Origin: Candidatus Methylomirabilia bacterium
GTDB lineage: Bacteria; Methylomirabilota; Methylomirabilia; Rokubacteriales; CSP1-6
NCBI GenBank assembly: GCA_041497895.1
Contig: JBGQHJ010000102.1
Location: 1 to 17,580 of the forward strand
DNA length: 17,580 nt
Direction: 5' to 3'
Shown: piece after piece, positions 17,477 to 17,580 of the stretch
How the letters are laid out: each line of letters starts with the position of its first letter
Numbering within the stretch: the stretch's first letter is position 1
The notes under the pieces: model-generated
Databases searched by the model: none
What the model was told of the DNA's origin: nothing
Seen by the model: only the letters and a program-made list of their open reading frames with translations
Position numbers and translations under genes: made by a program

Positions 17477-17580
17477 GCCGCACCTCCTGGGGCCGGGCCG
17501 GCCCCGTCGGGCGAGGCCAGGTGCCGGATGCGATCCTCCGCCTCGCTCATCGGCGAGCCGCCGTGCATCATCGCCCGGGC

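Noticed and set aside
17510..17526. Fourth sigma-54 promoter (CGGCACCTGGCCTCGC on - strand) for the 47-aa peptide
   Set aside because: GG-to-GC spacing is 11 rather than the required 10, and TTGC is absent.

Overview
Very GC-rich bacterial window; gene content and style suggest Candidatus Rokubacteria/Methylomirabilota (inference only). In order: the 3' end of a TPR protein and a REP-like palindrome with a 15-bp tandem array; a minus-strand AhpC/TSA-like (PRXL2/SelL-type) redoxin that the ORF track splits because of an in-frame UGA in an RHFG-U-LF-C (UxxC) motif followed by a SECIS-like hairpin, i.e. a probable selenoprotein; this gene is head-to-head, through overlapping promoters, with a tungsten-type aldehyde:ferredoxin oxidoreductase, alpha/beta-hydrolase-domain and amidohydrolase operon; an orphan hybrid histidine kinase; a LysE exporter; two divergent sigma-54 promoters driving a 52-aa small ORF and a DUF3047 protein; tRNA-Val(TAC); a three-gene minus-strand operon of small hypothetical proteins under a third sigma-54 promoter; an NMT1/THI5-type ABC importer with a UbiD-family decarboxylase; a hypothetical protein coupled to pdxH; and a 47-aa membrane peptide. 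The main novelty candidates are the hidden selenoprotein linked to the AOR operon and a putative sigma-54 mini-regulon sharing a tandem GGTAA-N3-TTACC-like upstream motif.
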